From a virus (taxonomy: Duplodnaviria; Caudoviricetes): a stretch of DNA of 56,450 nucleotides. This document shows positions 9,529 to 19,210 of the stretch, one piece after another. A program made the position numbers and the translations under genes. Numbering within the stretch: position 1 is the stretch's first letter; each line of letters begins with the position of its first letter. Below the pieces are notes generated by a model. The model was not told the origin of the DNA. It saw nothing but the letters and a program-made list of their open reading frames with translations, and searched no databases. The DNA is taken from the IMG/VR virus record IMGVR_UViG_3300011115_000308, positions 1-56,450 of that record; one strand, 5' to 3'.

Positions 9529-10020
9529 TTATCCTTCTTTTACGTCGGAAAGTCCCGTCTTAGCGTTGTGCAAAAAGTAAACACCAGCCGGAGGTCCGAA
9601 GACACGTTCGAAGAGACGGATTTTCGCCTCAGTCCTTGTGTTCGACATTACACCAATTGCAAGAGGGATGCCAAGTTTTTCTGAGGTGAACTTAGCCCAC
9701 TCCGCAAGCTTGCGGGCGCGACCACCTTTTGCCGACCGAAACTCTGGGTCAACGAATATGGCGTTGTCCTGAATAATGGGGTCAAGGTTGTACCACATGG
9801 AGCTTAACCGGAGGATTATCATGCCCTCCAAGCGGGTTCCAGCGGGGCTACCGATGACGCCGATGACCCCCCCCTCGCGGGCTATTCCAGTGCGAACCTC
9901 ATCAGCAACCAAGTTTAGATCGGGGGGCGATAGGGCATTCTCCCCTGCGGCAGCCAAAGACAGCCGCATGATCTCGTCAAAATCTTCGGGCGCACTTTCC
10001 CGCACATGTACTTCATTCAT
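9529..10020 (-). CDS. GNAT-fold acyltransferase-like protein
   Basis: VRESAPEDFDEI start and IFVDPEFRSAKGGRARKL acyl-CoA motif A-like segment. Usual position upstream of podophage ejection genes. Confidence 0.65.
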   Translation of the reverse strand: MNEVHVRESAPEDFDEIMRLSLAAAGENALSPPDLNLVADEVRTGIAREGGVIGVIGSPAGTRLEGMIILRLSSMWYNLDPIIQDNAIFVDPEFRSAKGGRARKLAEWAKFTSEKLGIPLAIGVMSNTRTEAKIRLFERVFGPPAGVYFLHNAKTGLSDVKEG

Positions 10021-10040
10021 ATATATTTAATCCTTTGCCA

Positions 10041-10069
10041 TTGCAGTCTCATTTCAAAACTGGTAGGAT
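10041..10069 (+). promoter_or_regulatory. Sigma70-like promoter for the HNH gene (probably leaderless)
   Basis: TTGCAG-17 bp-TAGGAT with extended TGn. ATG 10077 begins 8 nt after the -10 with no SD. Confidence 0.55.
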
Positions 10070-10076
10070 GTCCTTC

Positions 10077-10562
10077 ATGGAACACTCATACCTCACATAT
10101 AACCTATCTTACGATCCAAATACAGGGGTCTTTACTTGGGCGCAACCGCGCCCAAAAGTGAACGTTGGGGATGTAGCTGGAGGCGTCCACAAAAGTTCTG
10201 GATATGTTACGATTGAAGTAAATGGAAAATCATATGCAGCACATAGGCTGGCATGGTTTTATATGACAGGATCAATGCCAGTTGATCAAATTGATCACAT
10301 AAACAGGATAAAGACAGACAACCGTTTTTTAAATCTTAGAGAGGCAAACAATGGGCAAAATAGGGCTAATACTAGGTCTTCAGGCAAGTATGGCTTGAAA
10401 GGTGTTGCATATAAAAAATGGCTTAAGGAAAAACCTTGGGAAGCAAGAATTACTTTTGAAAAAAAAGTAAGGTCTTTAGGTTGCTTTGCGACAAAGGAAG
10501 AAGCCCATGAGGCGTACTGCAAAGAAGCAAGACGCCTACATGGTGAGTTTTTTAACGCTTAA
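10077..10562 (+). CDS. HNH homing endonuclease with C-terminal AP2-like domain
   Basis: YDPNTG, AHRLAW, IDHINRIKTDNRFLNLR, then KGV...WEARI...LGCFATKEEAHEAY. Lower GC, opposite strand to the operon. Confidence 0.9.
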   Translation: MEHSYLTYNLSYDPNTGVFTWAQPRPKVNVGDVAGGVHKSSGYVTIEVNGKSYAAHRLAWFYMTGSMPVDQIDHINRIKTDNRFLNLREANNGQNRANTRSSGKYGLKGVAYKKWLKEKPWEARITFEKKVRSLGCFATKEEAHEAYCKEARRLHGEFFNA

Positions 10563-11740
10563 TCGCGCTTCGGACCAGGCAACCCTTGCAAGGTCTTGAT
10601 GGTTTTCTGGCGCATCTTTTTCACAAACGAATCCAAGATTTTGTGCCCGTTATCAAGATCGCCATTGCCGATGCGTAGCACATCATGCGGGGGGATTACA
10701 TACTCACCGCCAGCGGCCACAATTGGTATGCCCTCAGTAGCGCCGCCAGCGGCTTTACCAAGAATATTGTCAGTAAGTCGGTTATATTTACTGCTACCTT
10801 TATCGTCCTTCTGGAAAAATTCGCCTGCTTCCGCACCCGCGAATGGACCAAAGGGCGTTAAAGCGCCAAAACCCGCGCCAACCCATTTAGCGTTTCTGTT
10901 TAGCCAAGTGCCTTTTTTTTGATTTGTAGGATTTGTGGTTACGCCCGAATATGGGTGGGCAGAAGACCCGTCCTTGCCGCCATAGGGTCTGACGCCAAGG
11001 CTGTTCAGCATGCCGGAAAATGGGCCGCCCTCAAACTTGCTGCCGGATTGCCCCATGCCACCGCCGTCAATCATGTCACCAAAGTTCTTATAGCCCGCGC
11101 CCTTGCCGCCACCATTGATCATGTCCCACAGGCCCGTGTAGTGGTCGGCTTGTGCTGGTGCCAAGTCAGCCGGACGGGCTTGGGGGCGCTGTGAATAGCC
11201 ACCGTTGTTGCCTTTTGTTTGGCGGTCGCTTGAATAGTTGGATGCGGGCTGGGGACGTGCAGGTGCTGCCGCCACAGTTTCCTTAGCGGTTTTTGACGCA
11301 GACATAGAACCGCTGCCAGACTTCAGGGATGCGCCCAACTTGTTCTTGGTAGTGTCCCCACCATCGTAATACCCAAGGCGACCACCTGCCGTCTTATGCG
11401 GCATCCCCGCCATATCATCGGGCATCCCTTTGGCGTCACCACCGCCACCGCCACTGAAGATAGACTTGGCAACCTTGAAGCCAGCCATGCTGTTGCCTTC
11501 GCCAAGCGCCGAGATGATGTCGGCAGGGATGACGTAAGAGCCAGAGGCAACGTGCATTGGCAGGTGGTCGGTACGACCAGCCACGGAAGAGTGGATCGGC
11601 CCATCGTGAACCTTACCACCGTGCGCCCGTGCGGTGCGGATGGCCGCAGCGATAGCTTGTTTTTGGGGATGGCCCGCGCGTACCATCTCAGAGATGTTAC
11701 CGGAAATCGTACTTTGGGATGAACCCTTCTTGAGCGGCAT
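10559..11740 (-). CDS. Virion-associated protein with MPLKKG N-terminal module and duplicated xGG...G(S/E)YVIP domain
   Basis: Start revised to ATG 11740 (GAAGGA upstream). Internal duplication HVASGSYVIPADII / VAAGGEYVIPPHDV. Confidence 0.6.
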   Translation of the reverse strand: MPLKKGSSQSTISGNISEMVRAGHPQKQAIAAAIRTARAHGGKVHDGPIHSSVAGRTDHLPMHVASGSYVIPADIISALGEGNSMAGFKVAKSIFSGGGGGDAKGMPDDMAGMPHKTAGGRLGYYDGGDTTKNKLGASLKSGSGSMSASKTAKETVAAAPARPQPASNYSSDRQTKGNNGGYSQRPQARPADLAPAQADHYTGLWDMINGGGKGAGYKNFGDMIDGGGMGQSGSKFEGGPFSGMLNSLGVRPYGGKDGSSAHPYSGVTTNPTNQKKGTWLNRNAKWVGAGFGALTPFGPFAGAEAGEFFQKDDKGSSKYNRLTDNILGKAAGGATEGIPIVAAGGEYVIPPHDVLRIGNGDLDNGHKILDSFVKKMRQKTIKTLQGLPGPKRD

Positions 11741-11744
11741 GTTG

Positions 11745-12092
11745 TTATCCTTCCGAGTACGATACGACAACGGTCATTCCGGTGCCGGGAACCACTACCA
11801 GTCCGTTGTCATATGGCATATTTATCACTGTAACACCAATAACGTTGTCAATCACAACCATGGCGCTGGTGAGCGAAGCAGAGGCGTTGCTATCATAGAC
11901 CGTGCCGTCCGTTGATCCAGCGACAATAACGCTGACAGACGCCAGTCGGCCCTGACCCGAAGACACCAAGGTTGTAGCTATCAACGTGTCAGACCTGCTG
12001 TTTCCCTGAACCTTCAGGTAAATTTGGGCAGCACTGTTGATCGCAACTGCGATGTTTTTGGCGGCTGTAAGAATGTCTGAGAGCGATGACAT
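11745..12092 (-). CDS. Small virion structural protein
   Basis: Coupled to the tail hub gene. Beta-rich C-terminus (GLVVVPGTGMTVVVSY). Confidence 0.55.
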   Translation of the reverse strand: MSSLSDILTAAKNIAVAINSAAQIYLKVQGNSRSDTLIATTLVSSGQGRLASVSVIVAGSTDGTVYDSNASASLTSAMVVIDNVIGVTVINMPYDNGLVVVPGTGMTVVVSYSEG

Positions 12093-14377
12093 CAGAATTT
12101 CCCGTCAGGTTGATAACGATACCGGATGTTGCCCAGACGCCAGAAAGAGTTCAGGTCGTTGCTTTCGATTTTGATTGACATCAGTCTAGCACGAAATCTT
12201 GGCGTTACAAACTGGGTGCCCTGCGTTACCGTGTAAGAATACTCATTCGGCGTATCGCCTGGGTAGTCCGTGGTGTAGAATGTGATTGTGATGGATGCCG
12301 TCTGAGCGTGGTCGTACAGACCCCACTTCATGTCCGGCCACACCTGATCAACAAACGATTTCACATTGCCCTCTTCAAGGGCGAAGTATCCAGTCTGGAA
12401 CGAAGAGTTTATAATGTTCCCATCTGCATTGTTGGATGTCTCGTGCTGGTAGATGTTGTAATCCTCGCCCGCGCCGATGGGCGGCCCAAAGACGCTCTGG
12501 TCAATCCATGCCGTGCGGGTCAGCGTACCGAAGTCCCACTGATTTAGAAGCGCGTTGTACTTGACGTATTTGGTTGGAACGCCCGCCGATCCGGTGACGG
12601 GGTAGTACCATGTGATTTCCCCGAACCTTGAGTTTGGAGCGCAGCGAACGTTTGCCCAATAGTCAGAATCAATGTCTTGGAAGATCACATCCCAGACGGG
12701 GCAATCAATTGGCTCAACGCCACCGCCACCCAGACGGAAGAATTGGCTCTGGCTCATCCAGTAAACGGTTCCAGCCAATGTCCCCATTGCCTTTTGTCCA
12801 ACAAGCCCACACCCAGATGCGACTTCATTGAACGAATAGACTAACGGTAAATTAACGTAGGACATCGACCATAGGCCAAGGTCTGTCCACAAAAGACCTT
12901 GCTGTGGCCCTTGAATGCCGCCGACGATCTTGGAACCTTTGGGGATGCGGAACGATCCGGCTTGGTTAACAACAGTTCCAACCCATTTTGTAAAGTCCCC
13001 AACGTCGCACCACCGGACCAACATAGGGTCTTGGAACCCAGTAAACGTAGAACCGTATGCTGCGATTTGCCGTTGCGGCATTGCTATAAAACAGCCCTCA
13101 TTGACCAGTGGCGCATTCGGCATGACCGTTGCATGTCCTGTCGTTTGCGCTGGGTTCCAGAAAAATATTGCCCCATTGTATGGGGACGCAACCAGATATT
13201 CCCCCCAGTTGTCCAAAGACCAGTCGCTTGCTTCCGTGCTGGGCATCACGAAGCCCCAAGTAACCACGGTGAACGTGGTGCCAGTTGGAATGCCCGTGAA
13301 AGTAAAAGTGCTGTCCGTTGGTCCGGCCACTGCGGATGTGACTGTAAAGCTGTTCACTGTTGGGCTTGCAGTGTCTTGAACAATTGACCCAGGCGTAACG
13401 TAGACAACGGTTCCTGTGATTGTGACGGTGGTAATTGTACCAATCGTACTGACCGTGGTGCTGCTATACGTCCTACCAGTTAGGGCGGCTGGACTGCCAA
13501 TGCCATACCCACCAAGGTTGTACCCGCCCGATCCGTAACCAGAGGGGGGCAATGCTTGCTGGCCGACATAATAAATGATTTGAGCTTTGCCGCCATTCAT
13601 GGAAACGGTTGTTGCGGACGTGGGCGCGCTGGCGGCAGCAATGGTAAAAGTGCTTGTGCTGGGAACTGTTGTGACGATGTAATTTCCAAAAAGCGTGACG
13701 CCGCCAATGTCAGTGGAAACCTGAACTGCAAAAGTTGATCCAACAGAGTAACCGTGGTTTGCCAAGGTCACAGTAATTGTCTGGGTTGACGGAGATACTG
13801 TCGATGTAAACGTTGGCACAACGCCGCCGTTTGCCACGGTAGAGGTGGCAGGGGTTGCAATCCCAATGATGTTTGTGGCGTTTATGGTGTAGGTGTTTGC
13901 ATTAAGCGTTGGGTTGGTGCAACTATAAAACCCAGAAAGCACAATGCCGCCAACGGCAATTGGCGTCTTGATGTATATTGAATCATACGATGAAACGTAT
14001 GATCCGGCGTCTGTAATTGTAACTACGGCGCTCCCACTGGTAGTGGATGCGTCAACAGTAGGATTTGTGGTGTAATACTGCGGAGAAATGTCAATTGCCG
14101 GATCGCCGCTTTCGCTGGCCCATAGGGAATTGTCCGCGCCAAGACCGAGGTAACGGTGAACGTTGGTGTCGGACCATGCGTGTAAGGCACGGACAGTCGA
14201 GTCCCAAGAGGCAGTTGTAATAAACTTTGTCCAGCCTCCAAGCTTTTGGGGCAAGCCGTTACCGTTTCGATCTTGCACAAACCGGATTAAATTGCTTTTC
14301 CAGATCGCGGCCTCGTTAAGGGCCTCAGTCCGGTTTTGGTCAACGCCTGGGATCAGTTTAAGGCTTGCGTGTGGCAT
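12092..14377 (-). CDS. Tail hub/DNA stabilization protein (P22 gp10-like) with Thr/Ser-rich beta insert
   Basis: WSLDNWGEYL, DPMLVRWCD, LLWTD, FGEITWYYP, RTAWID and WRLG...QPDG motifs recognised from podophage gp10-like proteins. Follows the adaptor. Confidence 0.7.
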   Translation of the reverse strand: MPHASLKLIPGVDQNRTEALNEAAIWKSNLIRFVQDRNGNGLPQKLGGWTKFITTASWDSTVRALHAWSDTNVHRYLGLGADNSLWASESGDPAIDISPQYYTTNPTVDASTTSGSAVVTITDAGSYVSSYDSIYIKTPIAVGGIVLSGFYSCTNPTLNANTYTINATNIIGIATPATSTVANGGVVPTFTSTVSPSTQTITVTLANHGYSVGSTFAVQVSTDIGGVTLFGNYIVTTVPSTSTFTIAAASAPTSATTVSMNGGKAQIIYYVGQQALPPSGYGSGGYNLGGYGIGSPAALTGRTYSSTTVSTIGTITTVTITGTVVYVTPGSIVQDTASPTVNSFTVTSAVAGPTDSTFTFTGIPTGTTFTVVTWGFVMPSTEASDWSLDNWGEYLVASPYNGAIFFWNPAQTTGHATVMPNAPLVNEGCFIAMPQRQIAAYGSTFTGFQDPMLVRWCDVGDFTKWVGTVVNQAGSFRIPKGSKIVGGIQGPQQGLLWTDLGLWSMSYVNLPLVYSFNEVASGCGLVGQKAMGTLAGTVYWMSQSQFFRLGGGGVEPIDCPVWDVIFQDIDSDYWANVRCAPNSRFGEITWYYPVTGSAGVPTKYVKYNALLNQWDFGTLTRTAWIDQSVFGPPIGAGEDYNIYQHETSNNADGNIINSSFQTGYFALEEGNVKSFVDQVWPDMKWGLYDHAQTASITITFYTTDYPGDTPNEYSYTVTQGTQFVTPRFRARLMSIKIESNDLNSFWRLGNIRYRYQPDGKF

Positions 14378-14380
14378 GTG

Positions 14381-15124
14381 TTAGCCTCGCGTTGGGCTGG
14401 CAACGGTTGCCGGAGCTTGGGATGACCAAGCCGCAGCATCAAACTTCTTACGGGCTTCCTCACCCACAGCCGATTGCAGCAACAGTTGATACTGGCTTTC
14501 GTAACTCATCGCCATCTGCGGGTCGTCACTTTCCTTGCCAAAATTGCGCTGGTAGGCCGAGATGTAAATCATCGACGCCATCACCAACAGGTCAGACAGG
14601 TACTGGCTGATGAAGGATGTTGGCACCGTTTCAGAAATTGGAGCGGGCCGGATCGTCCCCACCACCTCAACATAGTAATTGATGGCGGGTGTCGGACCCA
14701 CCAAAAATAGCGTTTCGTTGAACGGAACGAAATACTTAGGCTGGCCACGGTTGGCGGTCAGCCCAGAACCATAGACTGCATCCAAAAACTCTTTGGTTGT
14801 TGGCAGCAAGGGAACGCGGGTTCCTGTATCTGGGTCGGTAGGTGTGGTTGCATCCACGATCAGATTGATTTGTTCGCTGATTACAAACGACGTTCCATCG
14901 CCCAAATCCATTGAGAACGACAAGTTACGGTTTCCCGCCGTCAATTGGTATGAAGCGCCATGCAGGGCAACGGATGTGTTTATCAAGTCCAGATCGCGGC
15001 AAATGCGAAGGTTGGCGTAGTCAATCATCATTGGCAAGATCGCCAAGAAGTTTACGTCGTCTTCTGCAACGACCGCCATCTGGGCGATCTGGGTCTTATA
15101 GGTGGTGTACGTCAATCCTGCCAT
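14381..15124 (-). CDS. Head-to-tail adaptor / tail tubular protein A-like
   Basis: IDYANLRICRDL, GQPKYF and VGPTPAINYYVEV motifs. Position before the tail hub. Confidence 0.6.
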   Translation of the reverse strand: MAGLTYTTYKTQIAQMAVVAEDDVNFLAILPMMIDYANLRICRDLDLINTSVALHGASYQLTAGNRNLSFSMDLGDGTSFVISEQINLIVDATTPTDPDTGTRVPLLPTTKEFLDAVYGSGLTANRGQPKYFVPFNETLFLVGPTPAINYYVEVVGTIRPAPISETVPTSFISQYLSDLLVMASMIYISAYQRNFGKESDDPQMAMSYESQYQLLLQSAVGEEARKKFDAAAWSSQAPATVASPTRG

Positions 15125-15148
15125 GGCTTTACCCCTGTGTCTGCGATG

Positions 15149-15177
15149 ACATTACACCATCCGAGCGATTTAGCCAA
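15149..15177 (-). promoter_or_regulatory. Putative sigma70-like promoter for tail genes
   Basis: TTGGCT-17 bp-TAATGT in the gap upstream of 15124. Confidence 0.4.
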
Positions 15178-15345
15178 TCACGCCTTACGTTTGGCAATCA
15201 CTGACCAAACTGCAACAATTAGCGGGACAATAGCCCCCCCGATGGTCATGGCCGTCTCATTATCTATCAGCCCCTTGCCGACTAGGAAGCCGCCAAGTGC
15301 AGATACGAGTGCGCGGACGATGCCGCCTACTTCATTCGATCCCAT
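15178..15345 (-). CDS. Small two-helix membrane protein, putative holin
   Basis: Start revised to ATG 15345 after TAAGGAG. Two hydrophobic helices, basic C-terminus, next to the endolysin. Confidence 0.6.
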   Translation of the reverse strand: MGSNEVGGIVRALVSALGGFLVGKGLIDNETAMTIGGAIVPLIVAVWSVIAKRKA

Positions 15346-15355
15346 TTTCATCTCC

Positions 15356-15790
15356 TTACGTTTTTCCAAACCATTTTGTAACAGCGAACCCAGGACAAGC
15401 TTTAGCAGCATATTCATTGTGGCCACTCACTTTCTTGATCTTGTAGAGGGTGGACAGGTGGTCAATCAAAGCCCGTAGGGCCTTGTCCTGCTCCAGCGTG
15501 AAGTTGTCGGAGAACTTATCAGTGGCCGCAGAATCAAAGCCGCCAAACAGGCTGACGCCAATGGTCCCAGTGTTGTGCCCCTGCGTATGTGCGCCCACCT
15601 GATCAAGTGGGCGGCCCTCCGCAAGGGTGCCGTCACGGTCAATCAGGAAGTGGTAGCCGATGTCTTTCCACCCACGGTCCCGCATATGCCACTGGCGTAC
15701 CTCTGCCACCTTGTCACGGGTGGAGTGCCCCTCCATCCACTTGGGCTGGGTGGCGGTGCAGTGGACGATGATCTCGCTGATGGGCCTCAT
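15356..15790 (-). CDS. Endolysin, N-acetylmuramoyl-L-alanine amidase (T7 lysozyme/Amidase_2 type)
   Basis: IIVHCTAT, GWKDIGYHF, GAH and GH...KACP zinc-ligand motifs. Confidence 0.92.
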   Translation of the reverse strand: MRPISEIIVHCTATQPKWMEGHSTRDKVAEVRQWHMRDRGWKDIGYHFLIDRDGTLAEGRPLDQVGAHTQGHNTGTIGVSLFGGFDSAATDKFSDNFTLEQDKALRALIDHLSTLYKIKKVSGHNEYAAKACPGFAVTKWFGKT

Positions 15791-16032
15791 CGGGGTAGTG
15801 CCTTATGAATTTCGTCAAGCTTTGTCATTATTAATTTAAAGCTTTCCTTGGCCTCCTTGAACTCGCGGTCATGGTTTTCCTTGACCAGCGCGTGTTCAGC
15901 CTTCACCACGGCAAGTTCTTTCTCATGCCGCTGGGTCATGGAGTAGTGCGCCCACATAGCGCCAGCCAACGGCAGTACGGCAAATTGCAAAATGACTTTG
16001 ACAATGTCAAACATACTTGGATCAGATTGCAT
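15787..16032 (-). CDS. Single-TM coiled-coil protein, putative lysis accessory/holin
   Basis: N-terminal hydrophobic helix then coiled coil. ATGA overlap with the amidase gene. Confidence 0.5.
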   Translation of the reverse strand: MQSDPSMFDIVKVILQFAVLPLAGAMWAHYSMTQRHEKELAVVKAEHALVKENHDREFKEAKESFKLIMTKLDEIHKALPR

Positions 16033-17771
16033 TACGCCGACACCCCTTTGATGATAGTGAAGTTGACAATTGGGGTATCCGAAGCCGTACCAACCACCGA
16101 TGCCATGGTAATCTGAAACGACGTTGCGGCAACGATTGCGGTGACAAATGCCACATAAGTGTTGGTTGCGCCACGGACAGTTACAACCACCGTGTCCGTG
16201 ATGGCGATAGCAGTGTTTGGCACGGTAAACGAAAAGTATGTGTTGACCACAGCAACCGCAGTAAACAGCGTCACCGCGCCAGTTGTCTTTGCGCCAGTAG
16301 TGGGTGTTGTGGTCGTGCGGCTGGTCAACTGCGTGACTGCCACGCCTGCGCCAGTGGCGTACCCGATGCCGCCCGCGCCAGTGGACAGGACGCTGGTTGA
16401 AGCTGTGACGGTGGTGAACGCGCCAGTGGTAGCTCCCGTTACCCCTACGGTGCCGCTATAGACGCCAGAAGTAATTGTTGGGCCAGTGCCCAAAACGTTA
16501 GCGCCCGAGCCAGTGACTGAACCGAAGTCGGTGAACCCAAACTCCCAATCTGCGGCGGTGGTCAGCGTGATGCCGATGCAGGTGACCATTGCGGTTGTCT
16601 GCGGGATTACGGTTGCCACAAGATTGCCGCCAGAAGAGTTAACGGTCAGGTTTCCAGTGGAGTTGTTGACAATGTGGAACGTCCAACCAGTTCCCAAAGT
16701 AGAGGTAACGGGTAACGTAATTGTTTGCGTGGTTGCGCCAGTGAACAGTTGGTACTGGCTGCTGGCGTTGGTCAGGACGGTGGTGCCAGCCGCAGTGGCG
16801 GTCGTGGTGAAGCCCAATAGGGCCGCCGCTGCGGCTGGGGCGCTGGTCGTGCCAGTGCCACCATTGGCTAGGGGTAGCGTACCAGAGACGTCCGCCGTCA
16901 GGCTGACGGCGCTAAATGTTGGTGCGCCAGCGGCGTTGCCGTGCAGAACCTGTGTTGTTGTGCCAGCGGCGCTTGTTGCCATTGCGGTGGTCGTGCTGCC
17001 ATAGACAACGCCATACTGGGTCAGGTTGCTGGCCTGCCCTGTGCCGCCGTTGCCAACGGGCAAAGTTCCAGACACATGGGTGGTTAAGCCGACTTTGCCG
17101 TAGGATGGGGCCGCGCCCACGCCGCCAGAAATAATGACGTTGCCTACTGCAATGTCAGCAAGGGAAGACAGGACGCCAGCGGCGGAGGCATAAAGGATGT
17201 CACCAATGACGTAGGAGGTAATGTTGGTGCCGCCGTTGCCAACGGGCAAAGTTCCAGACACATGGGTTGTTAGGCCGATCTTACCGTAGGACGGCGCAAC
17301 ACCAACGCCGCCAGAAATAATGGCGTTGCCTACTGCTACGTCAAGCAATTGTGAAAGAATACCCACCGTAGAAGCGTATGGGATTGATCCAATCGTATAT
17401 GACGTGATGTTCGTGCCACCATTGGCTACGGGGAGTACGCCCGAAACGTGCGTGGTCAGGCCGATCTTGCCATAGGATGGCGCAGCGTCAACACCACCAG
17501 AGATAATCGCATTCCCCAAAGCAACGTCAGCAAGCTTTGAAAACGTCTGCGTGGCCGAGGCGTACATGATGTCGCCAATGGTAAACGTGTTCAAGCCCGT
17601 GCCGCCCAAGGAAACTGGGATTGGCAGCGTTGCAGGCGTACCACCGTGCGTGGCTGCAATGATCTGGTTCAGGCTGATCTTGACCGAGGTTCCGGCCTGC
17701 ACACCTTCAAAAAGCTCTGCCCCAGACAATCCAATGACCGCAGGGAGGTTTGGGATTTGTATAGAACTCAT
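16032..17771 (-). CDS. Tail fiber protein
   Basis: Gly/Thr/Ala-rich. Repeated 62-aa unit containing GLTTHVSGTLPVxNGGT, typical of phage fiber shafts. Confidence 0.8.
   Translation of the reverse strand: MSSIQIPNLPAVIGLSGAELFEGVQAGTSVKISLNQIIAATHGGTPATLPIPVSLGGTGLNTFTIGDIMYASATQTFSKLADVALGNAIISGGVDAAPSYGKIGLTTHVSGVLPVANGGTNITSYTIGSIPYASTVGILSQLLDVAVGNAIISGGVGVAPSYGKIGLTTHVSGTLPVGNGGTNITSYVIGDILYASAAGVLSSLADIAVGNVIISGGVGAAPSYGKVGLTTHVSGTLPVGNGGTGQASNLTQYGVVYGSTTTAMATSAAGTTTQVLHGNAAGAPTFSAVSLTADVSGTLPLANGGTGTTSAPAAAAALLGFTTTATAAGTTVLTNASSQYQLFTGATTQTITLPVTSTLGTGWTFHIVNNSTGNLTVNSSGGNLVATVIPQTTAMVTCIGITLTTAADWEFGFTDFGSVTGSGANVLGTGPTITSGVYSGTVGVTGATTGAFTTVTASTSVLSTGAGGIGYATGAGVAVTQLTSRTTTTPTTGAKTTGAVTLFTAVAVVNTYFSFTVPNTAIAITDTVVVTVRGATNTYVAFVTAIVAATSFQITMASVVGTASDTPIVNFTIIKGVSA
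17041..17267. repeat. 41-bp identical direct repeat at 186-bp spacing in the tail fiber gene
   Basis: gtgccgccgttgccaacgggcaaagttccagacacatgggt at 17041 and 17227. Confidence 0.9.
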
Positions 17772-18277
17772 CAGATCGGTCCTGTCTCTGGAACTGTCGT
17801 GTTATCATACGGCACATCTGCCACAGTTTCCAGTGGCGCGGTTTGCGCGGCTGGATCGGTGCCAGGCTGTTCGTTCAAGCTGCCATTGGCAAAACCAGTT
17901 TGCTGCGTGACACGGTTGTTGTCGTTCTCAGTAATACGGAAATCACCGCCAGGCACGGGAATGCCCGTCTGTGCGTTGACCGTGTTGCCCTGCGTCATGC
18001 GGTAATCCGTTTCCGCCTGAATGTAGTATTCGGGGCGGGCGTTCATAATTACGGGCGGATCGGCGGGCAGAACAATAGAGCGAAGTTGTTGCTGCGGGGT
18101 GTCCATGCAGTGATTGCACACCAAAATGCGCTTGTTGATCAAAGCAGCGCCAGCCCAGTCAAACTGCCACGACAGCGATGTGTGATTGTAAACCCCGCCA
18201 CACCTGTCGCACACAGCGGCTGCGGCTGGAGACTTTGCACTTATGCGGGCGCGGCCAAGTTTTGATGCGTATGACAT
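17771..18277 (-). CDS. Virion protein with N-terminal zinc ribbon
   Basis: CDRC...CNHC. Coupled to both neighbours. Confidence 0.6.
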   Translation of the reverse strand: MSYASKLGRARISAKSPAAAAVCDRCGGVYNHTSLSWQFDWAGAALINKRILVCNHCMDTPQQQLRSIVLPADPPVIMNARPEYYIQAETDYRMTQGNTVNAQTGIPVPGGDFRITENDNNRVTQQTGFANGSLNEQPGTDPAAQTAPLETVADVPYDNTTVPETGPI

Positions 18278-18957
18278 TATCTAAAATAACCCGAAAGCAT
18301 CGGGCTGATGTAGGTGTTGACCACTTCCACATCCTGCTCTGCGGCGATCTGGTAACTCTCGTCTGCCTGTCCCTTGAGCAGTTGCGCCATCTCAGGTGCC
18401 CAAATACGAGCCAGACGATAAGTCAGACCATCCGCAAAAGCTTCCAACCAGCGATAGGGAATTTCAACATTTTCGCCATTTTGGAGATTGGAATCTTGGA
18501 CCTGCCGAACGCGGTAATATTTCAGGATCGTGGCCGACGACCCGTCTGGCACGGGCCACAGGGTCAGAGTGGGTGACACCAATCGGTCAAACCAGTACGA
18601 TGTAGGGAAGCCCTGCTGGGTCTTGTTGGGGTAGGAGGCGTATTCTGTGCGCGAGATGGGCATGATCACGCGGTCAGGCCCGCTGGTTGTGGTGGTGTAG
18701 GCGTCCAGAACCATGACAGTGTTACCATCCACAGCGTAAGTGGCTTGGCCCTGTATCAGTGGCTCTGTGACCAGATCAACCGCCCATAAATTTACTCCCT
18801 GGTTGCTCCAACGCGACAGCATCATGTTCGTCGCCATGCGGGCGCTTTCCATATGCTCTTGCAGCACCGAGGTCGGACGGACCCCGATGTTCTGGTAGGC
18901 GTACAGGACAATTTCGCCCAGCGCCGGATTGAACGCATATGTTTCGCTGGTGGTCAT
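18277..18957 (-). CDS. Head completion/adaptor protein
   Basis: WSNQGVNLW, ISRTEYASYPNK, LWPVPD and EIPYRWLEAF motifs. Position in the structural operon. Confidence 0.6.
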   Translation of the reverse strand: MTTSETYAFNPALGEIVLYAYQNIGVRPTSVLQEHMESARMATNMMLSRWSNQGVNLWAVDLVTEPLIQGQATYAVDGNTVMVLDAYTTTTSGPDRVIMPISRTEYASYPNKTQQGFPTSYWFDRLVSPTLTLWPVPDGSSATILKYYRVRQVQDSNLQNGENVEIPYRWLEAFADGLTYRLARIWAPEMAQLLKGQADESYQIAAEQDVEVVNTYISPMLSGYFR

Positions 18958-18958
18958 C

Positions 18959-19210
18959 TCAACACTTCCATGCTCTCAAGGACAGCGCCTTGCGGGTGGG
19001 TTTTCCGCTTTCATCTTTTGCAGGACCGAGCATTCCGCTCATCCTGGCACAAAATGATTTCTTACGGGCAGCGTCTTTGTCGTTCTTTGGGTTTGGGGCG
19101 GGGGGCTTCAGGTTGTGGCCTTCCGCCTTGGCCGATGCGCGGCCAACAGCATTTAAGCCGCCCTTTGGGTCTTGCCCGGCTTTACGGGTCCACGCTGGGG
19201 TCTTCGCCAT
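18959..19210 (-). CDS. Small basic conserved phage protein (DUF6321-like)
   Basis: AWTRKAG.DPKGGLN...RKKSFCARM...W.C pattern recalled from aquatic phages. Confidence 0.6.
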   Translation of the reverse strand: MAKTPAWTRKAGQDPKGGLNAVGRASAKAEGHNLKPPAPNPKNDKDAARKKSFCARMSGMLGPAKDESGKPTRKALSLRAWKC

